Shown piece by piece: positions 56,044 through 64,000 of a stretch of 64,000 bases of DNA. Position numbers and translations under genes: made by a program. The stretch comes from Polyangiaceae bacterium. Its GTDB lineage: Bacteria; Myxococcota_A; Polyangia; Polyangiales; Polyangiaceae. Position 1 is the first letter of the stretch. Each line of letters opens with the position of its first letter. Location of the stretch: the NCBI GenBank assembly GCA_050287085.1, contig JBNKBE010000002.1:96001-160000 (forward strand), read 5' to 3'. The notes under the pieces are model-generated. The model ran no database searches. It was not told the origin of the DNA and saw only the letters and a list, made by a program, of their open reading frames with translations.

Positions 56044-58586
56044 GATTGCCGAGGCCGACCCCGCGGCGGAGCAGGCGGCGCGTTGCGGCCGTCTTCGGGC
56101 CAGTAGTGCTTGGCGTAGCGCCGCCTCAGCTCACCACGAACTTCGGGATAGTGTCGCTCCCAGAAGCCGGCCAGATCTTGCGTCACCTGTGCGGCGCGGC
56201 CGTTAGGAGCCAGCAGATGGAGCGTCAGTGGGATCCGGCGGGGGCCTAACGTGGGGCCTGTTGCCAGGCCGAAGAAGTCTTGGATACGGGAAGCGACCCA
56301 TGGCGCCTTGTCCATTTCGTAGTGGACCGAGAGACGGCGTGCATTCGGCAGCTGAATGAATAGCGGGGCAACTTCGTCGAGCTGGGCGCGTTGTTCATAG
56401 CTCAGCGCCGAGACCGCGAGCTGTTCCCAATTGAGAGCCGACAGCTCATCCAACGAACTGCAGTCGTCGCAGCCGAGCTCTAGCAATGCTGGTAGGTCTG
56501 TGGGCACTGCCAACGCCGCCTGGGTCTGTGTCGCAAAGAACTGCAAGCGGGCCAGCACCGCATGAGTTCCGCCCGTGCGTCCGAAGAGAGCCGCCTGCCG
56601 GCTTCTTGCGGCTTCCAGCAGGAGCGCTGTACGGGCCGGACCCGGCGGCGCGACGCCACGCACTTCTTCCAATACGATCGAGCCGAAAGCGAGTTGCTCG
56701 ATGTGGTCAACTCGTCCCTTTTCCCTGTTGAATTCGAGCCTGTCGCGGGCCTCGATGCCCCCTTGCGCTGATTCAAGCAGCCAATCGGCTTCAATGGCGC
56801 TTAGAGAGGTAAGCCACAGTTGTCCGGAGTTGGATTGTTGATGGCTTTCGAGTGCGATTGCAAGAGACGCGTCGAAGACGACGCTGCCGTCGTCTTGTCT
56901 TCCACCGATGCCGTCACAAAGGGTGAAGTCACGCCGCTGTGTCTTGCGGCGTTGAGCTACGCGGTCGCGATAGGCGACCAGAAGCGCCTTTCGCAGGGCG
57001 ACTTCGTCAGAGTCGTCGTCGTCCGCCCAGGCGATGGGGGTGGGCAGCGTCGTCGGAGGTAAGCTCGTCAACTGGCGGTCGAGTTGCTGCACGAGCTTCA
57101 GTACGTCCCGCGTGGCTCGCCCGTCGAGTCCGATATGGCGCCAGGCACTCGGATGGCTGGCAGCCTCGGCTTCGAGAAGTGCGTCAAGCCGTACCTGAAG
57201 ATCGGAGTCGCCGCGCTCGGCGGCTGAACCCTGTGGCAGCAGAATGTCCCGCTCAGCGAGCAATGCGGCCGCCCTTGCTCCAAGCGCTGGTCGTCCTTGA
57301 GTCGCCAGTTGAAGGGCGACGCGAGCGGGTCTTGGGGGAATGGGCAAAGCTTGCATCCGGCGCCCCAGCGGTGTGATGCGTCCCTCTTCTAAGGCACCCA
57401 AGGCGGCGAGCAAGGTCTCGGCTCGCTGCAAAGCGGCTGCTGGGGGCGGCGTGAGCCAGCGCAGTTCTGCCGCGCTACGTCCGGCGGAGGCCACGTCCAG
57501 CAGGAAGGCAGTCAGGTCCAGTCGACATACTTCTGGCGCGTCGGCTTCTTGTCGCCTGCGGTAGTCTGCTTCCGAGTAGAGCCGCACAACGTGTCCGGGG
57601 CCGAGTCTTCCCGCTCTACCCGCGCGCTGATCCGCCGAGTGACGGGATATCGGTACGAGTTCGAGGCGACGTTGCCCGCCCCACGGCGAATCGAAAGCGC
57701 GGTGCTCAAGGCCTGAATCGACCACCGACGACACGCCTGCCACCGTGACCGACGATTCTGCGAGATTGGTGGCGAGAACGACCTTTCGCTCAGTGCTGGG
57801 CGCCAATGCACGCCGTTGCTCTTCGAGAGTGAGCTGGCCGTGCAGTGGCACTAACTCGACGTTGCCCACCGTTCCACCGAGTGCGTTCCGCGTGTTCGTG
57901 ATGGCTCTCGTTCCCGGTAGAAAGACCAGCACATTGCCAGTGGGACGGGTTTGAAGCTCGGTTCGTACCGCGGCGGCGACGCTGCGTTCGAGGGGTCGAT
58001 CGGCAAGTGAGTCGTCGTAGCGAATCGTCAGCGGGTGTGCTCGGCCGCGGCTTCGGACCACCGGGCAGTTGTCCAGGAAGGCGCTGACTTCTTTCTCGTC
58101 GAGCGTTGCGCTCATGATCACCAGGCGCATCTCGCCAGTGGCAATCCGTTCTCGGAGAAGCGCTAGCAGCAGATCCGTTTCAAGATGTCGCTCGTGGAAT
58201 TCGTCGAGTATCACGGCTTTTACATCGACGAATGAACGAGGTTGAAGCAGTTCTCGTAGGAGTACGCCTTCGGTCTGAAAAAGGAGGCTGGTGCGTGAGC
58301 TGGCTTTGCGTTCGAAACGGACGCTGTAGCCGACCCGTTCGCCCAGGGGCACCGCTAGTTCCTCGCTGACGCGAGCTGCCGCGAGGCGCGCAGCGACCCT
58401 TCGTGGTTCCGAGATCAGAACGCGCCGACGAGGCGGCGTCGCATCTAGGAACTGCTCCAATGCGACCGGGACCCGCGTTGTCTTGCCCGCACCGGGCTCG
58501 GCTACGAGCACAACGGCCGGGTGCTCGGCAAGGGCCGCGAGCAGCTCTGGTATAACGCTGTCGATCGGCAGTGCAACGCCCGTCAC
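56040..58586 (-). CDS. hrpB: ATP-dependent DEAH-box helicase HrpB
   Basis: AEPGAGKTT, PRRVAAR, DEFHER, MSAT, QRAGRAGR and HrpB C-terminal LLAPNGRAAQVTQDLAGFW..YPEVR. Confidence 0.95.
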   Translation of the reverse strand: MTGVALPIDSVIPELLAALAEHPAVVLVAEPGAGKTTRVPVALEQFLDATPPRRRVLISEPRRVAARLAAARVSEELAVPLGERVGYSVRFERKASSRTSLLFQTEGVLLRELLQPRSFVDVKAVILDEFHERHLETDLLLALLRERIATGEMRLVIMSATLDEKEVSAFLDNCPVVRSRGRAHPLTIRYDDSLADRPLERSVAAAVRTELQTRPTGNVLVFLPGTRAITNTRNALGGTVGNVELVPLHGQLTLEEQRRALAPSTERKVVLATNLAESSVTVAGVSSVVDSGLEHRAFDSPWGGQRRLELVPISRHSADQRAGRAGRLGPGHVVRLYSEADYRRRQEADAPEVCRLDLTAFLLDVASAGRSAAELRWLTPPPAAALQRAETLLAALGALEEGRITPLGRRMQALPIPPRPARVALQLATQGRPALGARAAALLAERDILLPQGSAAERGDSDLQVRLDALLEAEAASHPSAWRHIGLDGRATRDVLKLVQQLDRQLTSLPPTTLPTPIAWADDDDSDEVALRKALLVAYRDRVAQRRKTQRRDFTLCDGIGGRQDDGSVVFDASLAIALESHQQSNSGQLWLTSLSAIEADWLLESAQGGIEARDRLEFNREKGRVDHIEQLAFGSIVLEEVRGVAPPGPARTALLLEAARSRQAALFGRTGGTHAVLARLQFFATQTQAALAVPTDLPALLELGCDDCSSLDELSALNWEQLAVSALSYEQRAQLDEVAPLFIQLPNARRLSVHYEMDKAPWVASRIQDFFGLATGPTLGPRRIPLTLHLLAPNGRAAQVTQDLAGFWERHYPEVRGELRRRYAKHYWPEDGRNAPPAPPRGRPRQS

Positions 58587-58693
58587 GCAGTGCTTGTGCA
58601 CGACCTGGGGGGTCGGGTCAAGACGTCGAGGGTCGCGCCGAATGAGCCGTGATTTTGGTTGACGTTGTAGCTCTCAGGTCGGACCCTCGCGAC

Positions 58694-60442
58694 GTGAAAG
58701 ATATTCGAGCGTTGGTCGAAGCCCGGCTGGCAGAGGCCGCGCAACGGGCGCTGGGCCTCGACAGTGAGGTCGATCCACTGGTTCGGGCCGCAAAAGATCC
58801 ACGCCACGGCGACTATCAAGCGAATCTGGCCATGCCGCTGGCAAAGAAGCTGGGGACGAGTCCCCGTGCGCTGGCAGAACGAGTCGCTGACGAGCTGCGG
58901 GCGGACCCTCACCTTGCCGTCAGTCTCGGGGCTGTCAGCGTAGCGGGGCCCGGGTTTCTCAATGTCCGCGTTTCACCAGAGGCCATTTCCGCTTGTGCTG
59001 TGAGCATGCTCGGTGACGAGAAGCTCGGGGTGGATACTTCCGTCTCTCATACCGTAGTCCTCGACTACTCTTCTCCCAATCTGGCCAAGGAAATGCATGT
59101 TGGCCATTTGCGGTCAACCGTGATCGGTGACGCGCTGTTCCGCGTGCTTTCCTTCCGCGGCGATCGCGTGATTCGTCAGAATCACGTCGGGGATTGGGGG
59201 ACCCAGTTTGGGATGCTGCTGGAGCACCTGCTGGATACCGGATGGACTCCGGAGAACTCAACAATTCGCGACCTGAATGCTCTCTATCAGGAGGCAAAGG
59301 CCCGCTTCGATGCAGAGCCCGATTTCAAGGAGCGCGCGCGTGAGAGGGTCGTTAGCCTGCAGCAGGGCGAAGAGGAATCGCGCAAATTGTGGCGGCAGTT
59401 GATCGGCGAGTCTGTCCGTCACATGAACGAGGTGTACCGGCGTCTCGCCGTTTCTCTGGTCGACGCCGACTTGTGCCCGGAGAGCTTCTACAACGACCGC
59501 CTGCCAACGGTCGTTTCAGGCCTGCGGGAGTTGGGGTTGCTGTGCACCGACGACGATGCCCAGGTGGTATTTCCCGACGGGTATCACAACAAGGACGGGG
59601 AGCCCCTTCCGCTGATCGTTCAGAAGCGGGACGGGGGGTTCGGGTACGCGGCCACCGACTTGGCAGCGGGTCGCTACCGGGTCGAGACGCTCAAGGCGGA
59701 TCGCGTGATTTATGTCGTGGACGCACGGCAGGCGGATCATTTCGGTATGGTCTTCTGGACGCTGCGCGCAGCCCAGTGGGCGCCCGCCGAGTGCGAACTC
59801 GCCCACGTGGCGTTTGGGACCATCCTGGGAGCTGACAAGAAGCCGTTCAAGACTCGAGCCGGAGGCACAGTGCGTTTGGTCGAGTTGCTCGACGAGGCGG
59901 AGCGCCGCGCTCTTGCGGCGGTCACCGAAAAGAATCCGGAGCTGCCGGAGGCAGAGCGTCGGAGCATCGCGCGCGCAATTGGCATGGGGGCTGTTAAGTA
60001 CGCAGACCTGTCTAGCGAACGCATCAAGGACTACGTATTCGACTACGATCGGATGCTCGCACTAGAAGGCAATACGGCTCCCTATCTTCAATACGCGATC
60101 GCGCGTATTCGTTCGATCTTCAGAGAGGGGGGGCTAGCGGAACAGGACATAGACCCATCGGCGCTCAGGGTGGAACACGATGCTGAGCGTGCTTTGGTGC
60201 TCGAACTGCTCAAGTGGCCCCGTGTTGTGGCCTCGGTTGCGGACTCCCTCGAGCCTCATCGATTGACCAATCACCTGTACGACGTCGCGGCTGCCTACCA
60301 CCACTTTCACAATCGCTGTCGAGTGCTCAAGGCGGAAAGTGCCCAGCAGCGCAGTAGCCGACTTGCGATCTGCCGCTTGGCGGTTCTCGTGTTGGGACAA
60401 GGACTTGCCCTGCTCGGAATCGAGACGCCAGAGCGGATGTAG
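58694..60442 (+). CDS. argS: arginine--tRNA ligase
   Basis: GDYQAN, GPGFLN, DYSSPNLAKEMHVGHLRST, GDWGTQFG, GNTAPYLQY, ending in PERM. Confidence 0.98.
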   Translation: MKDIRALVEARLAEAAQRALGLDSEVDPLVRAAKDPRHGDYQANLAMPLAKKLGTSPRALAERVADELRADPHLAVSLGAVSVAGPGFLNVRVSPEAISACAVSMLGDEKLGVDTSVSHTVVLDYSSPNLAKEMHVGHLRSTVIGDALFRVLSFRGDRVIRQNHVGDWGTQFGMLLEHLLDTGWTPENSTIRDLNALYQEAKARFDAEPDFKERARERVVSLQQGEEESRKLWRQLIGESVRHMNEVYRRLAVSLVDADLCPESFYNDRLPTVVSGLRELGLLCTDDDAQVVFPDGYHNKDGEPLPLIVQKRDGGFGYAATDLAAGRYRVETLKADRVIYVVDARQADHFGMVFWTLRAAQWAPAECELAHVAFGTILGADKKPFKTRAGGTVRLVELLDEAERRALAAVTEKNPELPEAERRSIARAIGMGAVKYADLSSERIKDYVFDYDRMLALEGNTAPYLQYAIARIRSIFREGGLAEQDIDPSALRVEHDAERALVLELLKWPRVVASVADSLEPHRLTNHLYDVAAAYHHFHNRCRVLKAESAQQRSSRLAICRLAVLVLGQGLALLGIETPERM

Positions 60443-60458
60443 GGACGGAGGCTCAGAG

Positions 60459-61142
60459 ATGGGTCAGCTGGTGCTTTTCGACCTCGACCGCACACTCATC
60501 GTAAAGGACACAGCCGGGCTCTATGTCCGCTATGAATGGGACGAAGGGCTGGTCCCGCTGTCACGGGTGGCGCGCGTCGCCTGGTGGCGTCTTCGCTATA
60601 CGTTCGGGTGGATCTCGGCGACACAGGTCGCGGAGCGCGTCTTGCTATGGAACAACGGGCGGGTGGGCGACGAGTTGATGGAACACGGTCGCCAATTTTT
60701 TGATAAAATTGGGAAGGCGTTGGTTTCGAAGCGCGCTGTTGAGCGCGTTCGGGAGAGTCAAGGGAGGGGGGATACGGTGGTGATAGCGACCGCCTCGACG
60801 CGCTTCATCGCTCAGCCGTTTGCTGACTTCCTGGGTGTTGAGCACCTATTGTGTTCGGAGGTGGAGATCGCCAACGGGCGTCTTACGGGCCACGTCGTCG
60901 GACCCCTGTGCTACGGAAGCGGCAAGCTCGCCCGCATCACAGAGTTTGCGGCGACTCGAGGGTTGTCGCTTTCTGACGCTACGTTTTTCACCGACAGTAT
61001 CACCGACCTGCCCACGCTGGAGGCGGTCGGTCATCCGATTGCCGTTAACCCAGATCCGCGACTTCACGCGTTGGCATTGCAGCGAGGCTGGCCGGTTGAG
61101 CGCTTTGGGCTCGGAGAGCACGCCTCAGCGAGCAGCCGCTAG
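60459..61142 (+). CDS. HAD-IB family hydrolase (SerB-like)
   Basis: FDLDRT, IATAS, GSGK, TDSITDLP and VNPD. Confidence 0.9.
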   Translation: MGQLVLFDLDRTLIVKDTAGLYVRYEWDEGLVPLSRVARVAWWRLRYTFGWISATQVAERVLLWNNGRVGDELMEHGRQFFDKIGKALVSKRAVERVRESQGRGDTVVIATASTRFIAQPFADFLGVEHLLCSEVEIANGRLTGHVVGPLCYGSGKLARITEFAATRGLSLSDATFFTDSITDLPTLEAVGHPIAVNPDPRLHALALQRGWPVERFGLGEHASASSR

Positions 61143-61325
61143 GGCTCGCGGACGGGAAAGTCAGTCGCGAGCCGGTCGAGCCCGCCCCCCACAGCAAGAG
61201 GATCGGCCGGCGCAGTAGGACTTTTCCATCCGCTGGCCCTAAGCGCGACGCTGTGTGCTTTTTTCCGCACCTGACTCGAGTGTGGGTCGAGTCCTGGTCG
61301 TCCCCGACTCAACCGGAGAGAAGCC

Positions 61326-62162
61326 ATGACAAGACTCATCAATGCTGTTTCTACAATTGCCATTACCCCCGCCTTCGCCGCCTTCGCCGCCTTCGCCGCA
61401 GCGCAAGAAGTCCCTGCGTCGCCGGCTCCAGCACAGCCAGCCTCGGCCTCGCTGGCTCCCCCACAGCCCGAAGCAGCCTCCTCCCAGCCGCTACCCGCGG
61501 AGCTGGCTCCGATGGCCGAGCCGACCCCCAGGGTAGCGCAGCAGCCGGCTCAGCCCCTGGCCGCGCCGCCAGTCGCGCAATCGGCCACGCCCGCACCCGA
61601 AGTCGACACGCCGCTCGCCAGTGCATCGCAGGCAGACCACTCCGGCTTCTTCTTTAATGTGCACTTGGGCGGCGGCTACACGCGCCTCAAGAGCAACTTC
61701 ATGAGCGACCGCATGATTGTGGAGGGCACCGGTACCGCCTTCGGTTTGGTTTTCGGCGGGGTGATCGCGCCGAACCTGGTGTTGCACGGTGAAGTGACTG
61801 CAACTGGAGCCAACAACCCAGAGATCACCTACAACGGCGCGACCGTCGCTACCGAGAACGTGTCGGCGGTCGTCGTCGGATTCGGCCCTGGTATCACGTA
61901 CTACTTCATGCCGAGCAACGTGTATATCGGCGCGTCCCTGCTCGCGACTACCGCGTCGATCGAAGAAGACGGGGAAACACTTGGCGAAACGGACACCGGA
62001 CTCGGTGCGATCTTGCGAGTCGGCAAGGAGATCGCCATCGGCAAGGACACCGGCATCAACATCGGCGCGCAGTACCAGGGCGCGCGCCTGAGCGAGAAGG
62101 ACGCCAACAGCCAGTGGACCGCGCACGGCTTCAACGTCACCGTGGGCTTCACCTACAACTGA
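61326..62162 (+). CDS. outer-membrane beta-barrel protein with a Pro/Ala-rich N-terminal linker
   Basis: Signal peptide, PA-rich stretch, amphipathic beta strands (HSGFFFNVHLGGGY, GITYYFMPSNVY) and C-terminal VGFTYN. Confidence 0.78.
   Translation: MTRLINAVSTIAITPAFAAFAAFAAAQEVPASPAPAQPASASLAPPQPEAASSQPLPAELAPMAEPTPRVAQQPAQPLAAPPVAQSATPAPEVDTPLASASQADHSGFFFNVHLGGGYTRLKSNFMSDRMIVEGTGTAFGLVFGGVIAPNLVLHGEVTATGANNPEITYNGATVATENVSAVVVGFGPGITYYFMPSNVYIGASLLATTASIEEDGETLGETDTGLGAILRVGKEIAIGKDTGINIGAQYQGARLSEKDANSQWTAHGFNVTVGFTYN
61371..61397. repeat. 9-bp tandem repeat x3 inside the signal peptide
   Basis: GCCTTCGCC x3, encoding AFA AFA AFA. Confidence 0.85.
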
Positions 62163-62205
62163 CGCGGCGAATGCGGAGCACGCGTTGGGCAGCCTCGGCG
62201 GAGCG

Positions 62206-62533
62206 ATGAGGTTTGTGGTGAGAAAGCGCGAGGACTATCAAACGTTGTCGCCTGAGGTCGAACAACTGAGTAACGTGTTGCGCCGTCATCGCGGTGGCAA
62301 GCTGGCAAGCGATTTCTACCGAGCGATCCGGCAGCAGTGGCGACGAGCCGCCAAGGGAACACGCGCGCTTGCGCGACATCCAGGACCGGATCGACCGGGT
62401 GCTCGCCCAACGCGAGGAAGAGCAAGCTATAGAAACGAAGCCGCCCAGGCGCGAGACAACCCTTTCGGCAACCGAGGTGTCCAGGGACGTTCAGCTGGGT
62501 ATGTCGCGTTTTCGGACCCCGAAGAAAGACTAG
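62206..62533 (+). pseudogene. small coiled-coil protein gene with an apparent +1 frameshift (or sequencing error)
   Basis: GGAG-ATG 62206 frame MRFVVRKRED...QQWRRAAK joins the +1 frame EHARLRDIQDRIDRVLAQREEEQ... if one G of GGG 62355-62357 is removed. Confidence 0.5.
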
Positions 62534-62627
62534 CCGCCGCAGTCGTGAAGCCTCGCTGCGAGGTCGGCCCTCTCCTGCTATGGCTCATCGCAGACGCCCG
62601 GTAGCATGACTTTGCCGTTCACGGGCC

Positions 62628-63350
62628 TCAGCCACGAATGCGGATAGCCCAGGTCAGTTTGGCGACGCTCTTGAGCACGTTGGGCACCCGCTTGAGCAGA
62701 TTGATGGAGGGGGGCCGCTTCTCCATGACCCGGATTGGAATCTCCTTAACCACCAGATCGGCGCGGTACGCGCGGATGACCAACTCGCTGGCAAAAACAT
62801 CCTTGTTGACTAGGCACGCTTGAACGATCGGCAGTACCGAGGAACGGCGGAATGCTTTCAGGCCGTGGGTGTCGGTCCCCCGAAATCCCAGCAGTACACG
62901 CAGCAACGTCGTGTAGGCGTGGCTGGCGGCATGGCGCAGAAGAGGTCGTTCGTCTCGTGCACCGGCGATCAGTTTTGAGCCGATCACGAGGTCAGCGCTG
63001 CCGGACTCGAGCGTGGCCAACGCGGCGCGGTGGAAGTCGGTGTCACATAGGTCGATTTCGTCGCATAGGATGAACTCGGCACGTGTGCTCAGGATCCCTT
63101 CTCGCAGGGCCTTGCCGTAGTCCGGAGCGCCTGCGGAGAGCATCCTGACCTCCGGGTACTTCTCGCTCAAGGCCTGCGCCATCGCCACCGTGCCATCGGT
63201 GGAGCCATTCTCGGCGAGCACGATTTCGTAGCTCCACCCGAAGGGGAGAAGTCGTTCACGAAGGTCGACGACCGCCGAGTGCAGAATTCCCTCCTCGTTG
63301 TATACGGGGATCACGATCGCAATCTTCGGTGGCGAGGTTTCGTCGTGCAT
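62628..63350 (-). CDS. GT2 glycosyltransferase, polyprenol-phosphate glycosyltransferase-like
   Basis: IVIPVYNEE, ENGSTDGT, YGKALREG, DEID, VIGS, DTHGLKAF and FASEL. Confidence 0.88.
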   Translation of the reverse strand: MHDETSPPKIAIVIPVYNEEGILHSAVVDLRERLLPFGWSYEIVLAENGSTDGTVAMAQALSEKYPEVRMLSAGAPDYGKALREGILSTRAEFILCDEIDLCDTDFHRAALATLESGSADLVIGSKLIAGARDERPLLRHAASHAYTTLLRVLLGFRGTDTHGLKAFRRSSVLPIVQACLVNKDVFASELVIRAYRADLVVKEIPIRVMEKRPPSINLLKRVPNVLKSVAKLTWAIRIRG

Positions 63351-63468
63351 CTTTGGGCGTCATGTTCGAATCTCTGGCGTTTGTCAAAGATCGACAGACA
63401 TTCAAGATCGACGCAGCCCCAAATCAGCAGGTTGACGGGGCTGTCGCCTGCGTTGCGGGTTTGGGAGC

Positions 63469-63999
63469 TCAGTGGGCCGCGCGCCAGTTCTTTGCGATAC
63501 CCACATCCACAGCGAGTGGCACCCGGAGAGGAAACACCCCTTCCATGAGCTCCCGGATGCGCGCTGTGGCGGCGTTGGCCTCGAGCTCGGGCACTTCAAA
63601 CACCAATTCGTCGTGCACGGTGAGCAGCATCCGCGTGTGCTCGGTGACCGGGGTTTGGAGATGGAGCATCGCGAGCTTGATCAGGTCGGCGGCTGTACCC
63701 TGGATGGGGGTGTTCATCGCGATACGCTCTGCGGCCAATCGGCGGGCGCGGTTAGCGTTGTTGATGTCTGGAACGCTGCGCTGACGTCCCATCAGAGTGG
63801 ATACCACGCCGCCCGCCCGTGCCTTTTCTAGCGTCTGGTCCATGAACGTTCTTACCCCGCTGTAGCGGCGAAAGTAAGCGGCGATGAACTGCCCAGCTTC
63901 CGCTCGGCTGATGCCCAGGCTCTTCGCCAGCGCACTATCTCCCTGACCATAGATGACGCCGAAGTTTACGGCTTTGGCCTGCCGTCTCAAGTCTTCGTC
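63469..63999 (-). CDS. polA: DNA polymerase I, C-terminal part (truncated by window end)
   Basis: RRQAKAVNFGVIYG, NTPIQGTAAD and TVHDELVFE. Confidence 0.97.
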   Translation of the reverse strand, partial: DEDLRRQAKAVNFGVIYGQGDSALAKSLGISRAEAGQFIAAYFRRYSGVRTFMDQTLEKARAGGVVSTLMGRQRSVPDINNANRARRLAAERIAMNTPIQGTAADLIKLAMLHLQTPVTEHTRMLLTVHDELVFEVPELEANAATARIRELMEGVFPLRVPLAVDVGIAKNWRAAH

Positions 64000-64000
64000 G

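Noticed and set aside
61273..61293. GACTCGA/TCGAGTC inverted repeat upstream of the beta-barrel gene
   Set aside because: A single 7-bp stem built on TCGA, a frequent word here, is not distinguishable from chance.

Overview
GC-rich bacterial chromosome segment, most likely from Myxococcota (Polyangiales-like). That assignment is an inference from gene content: DUF1592/DUF1552 pair, Hanks kinase, MJ0042 zinc-finger/TPR giants and Cys-rich lipoproteins. The housekeeping backbone is murC (3' part), slyD, ftsQ-ftsA, ftsZ, moaB, dnaG, atpD-atpC, rsmA, mutS, hrpB, argS and polA (3' part). The dcw cluster is split twice by accessory genes. Between murC and ftsQ lie slyD, mscS, an acyltransferase, DUF1592/DUF1552 and ClC. 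Between ftsA and ftsZ lie an EGF-like mini-lipoprotein, a double-Kelch lipoprotein and a GH94 resembling cellobionic acid phosphorylase. The best leads are: (1) a sigma70-like promoter, a 61-aa micro-protein, four back-to-back hairpins and two disulfide-rich propeller lipoproteins that run straight into mutS; (2) a lipoprotein GGT that has lost all three alpha-amino-binding residues and the lid loop; (3) a ~16 kb block of giant TPR proteins, a zinc-ribbon/TPR membrane protein, an Asp-box protein and a kinase; (4) perfect tandem repeats that copy start/stop junctions; (5) a small gene with a one-base frameshift. I saw no rRNA, tRNA, CRISPR array, integrase or transposase. All family assignments come from recognising motifs by eye, not from database searches, and many start codons are best guesses.
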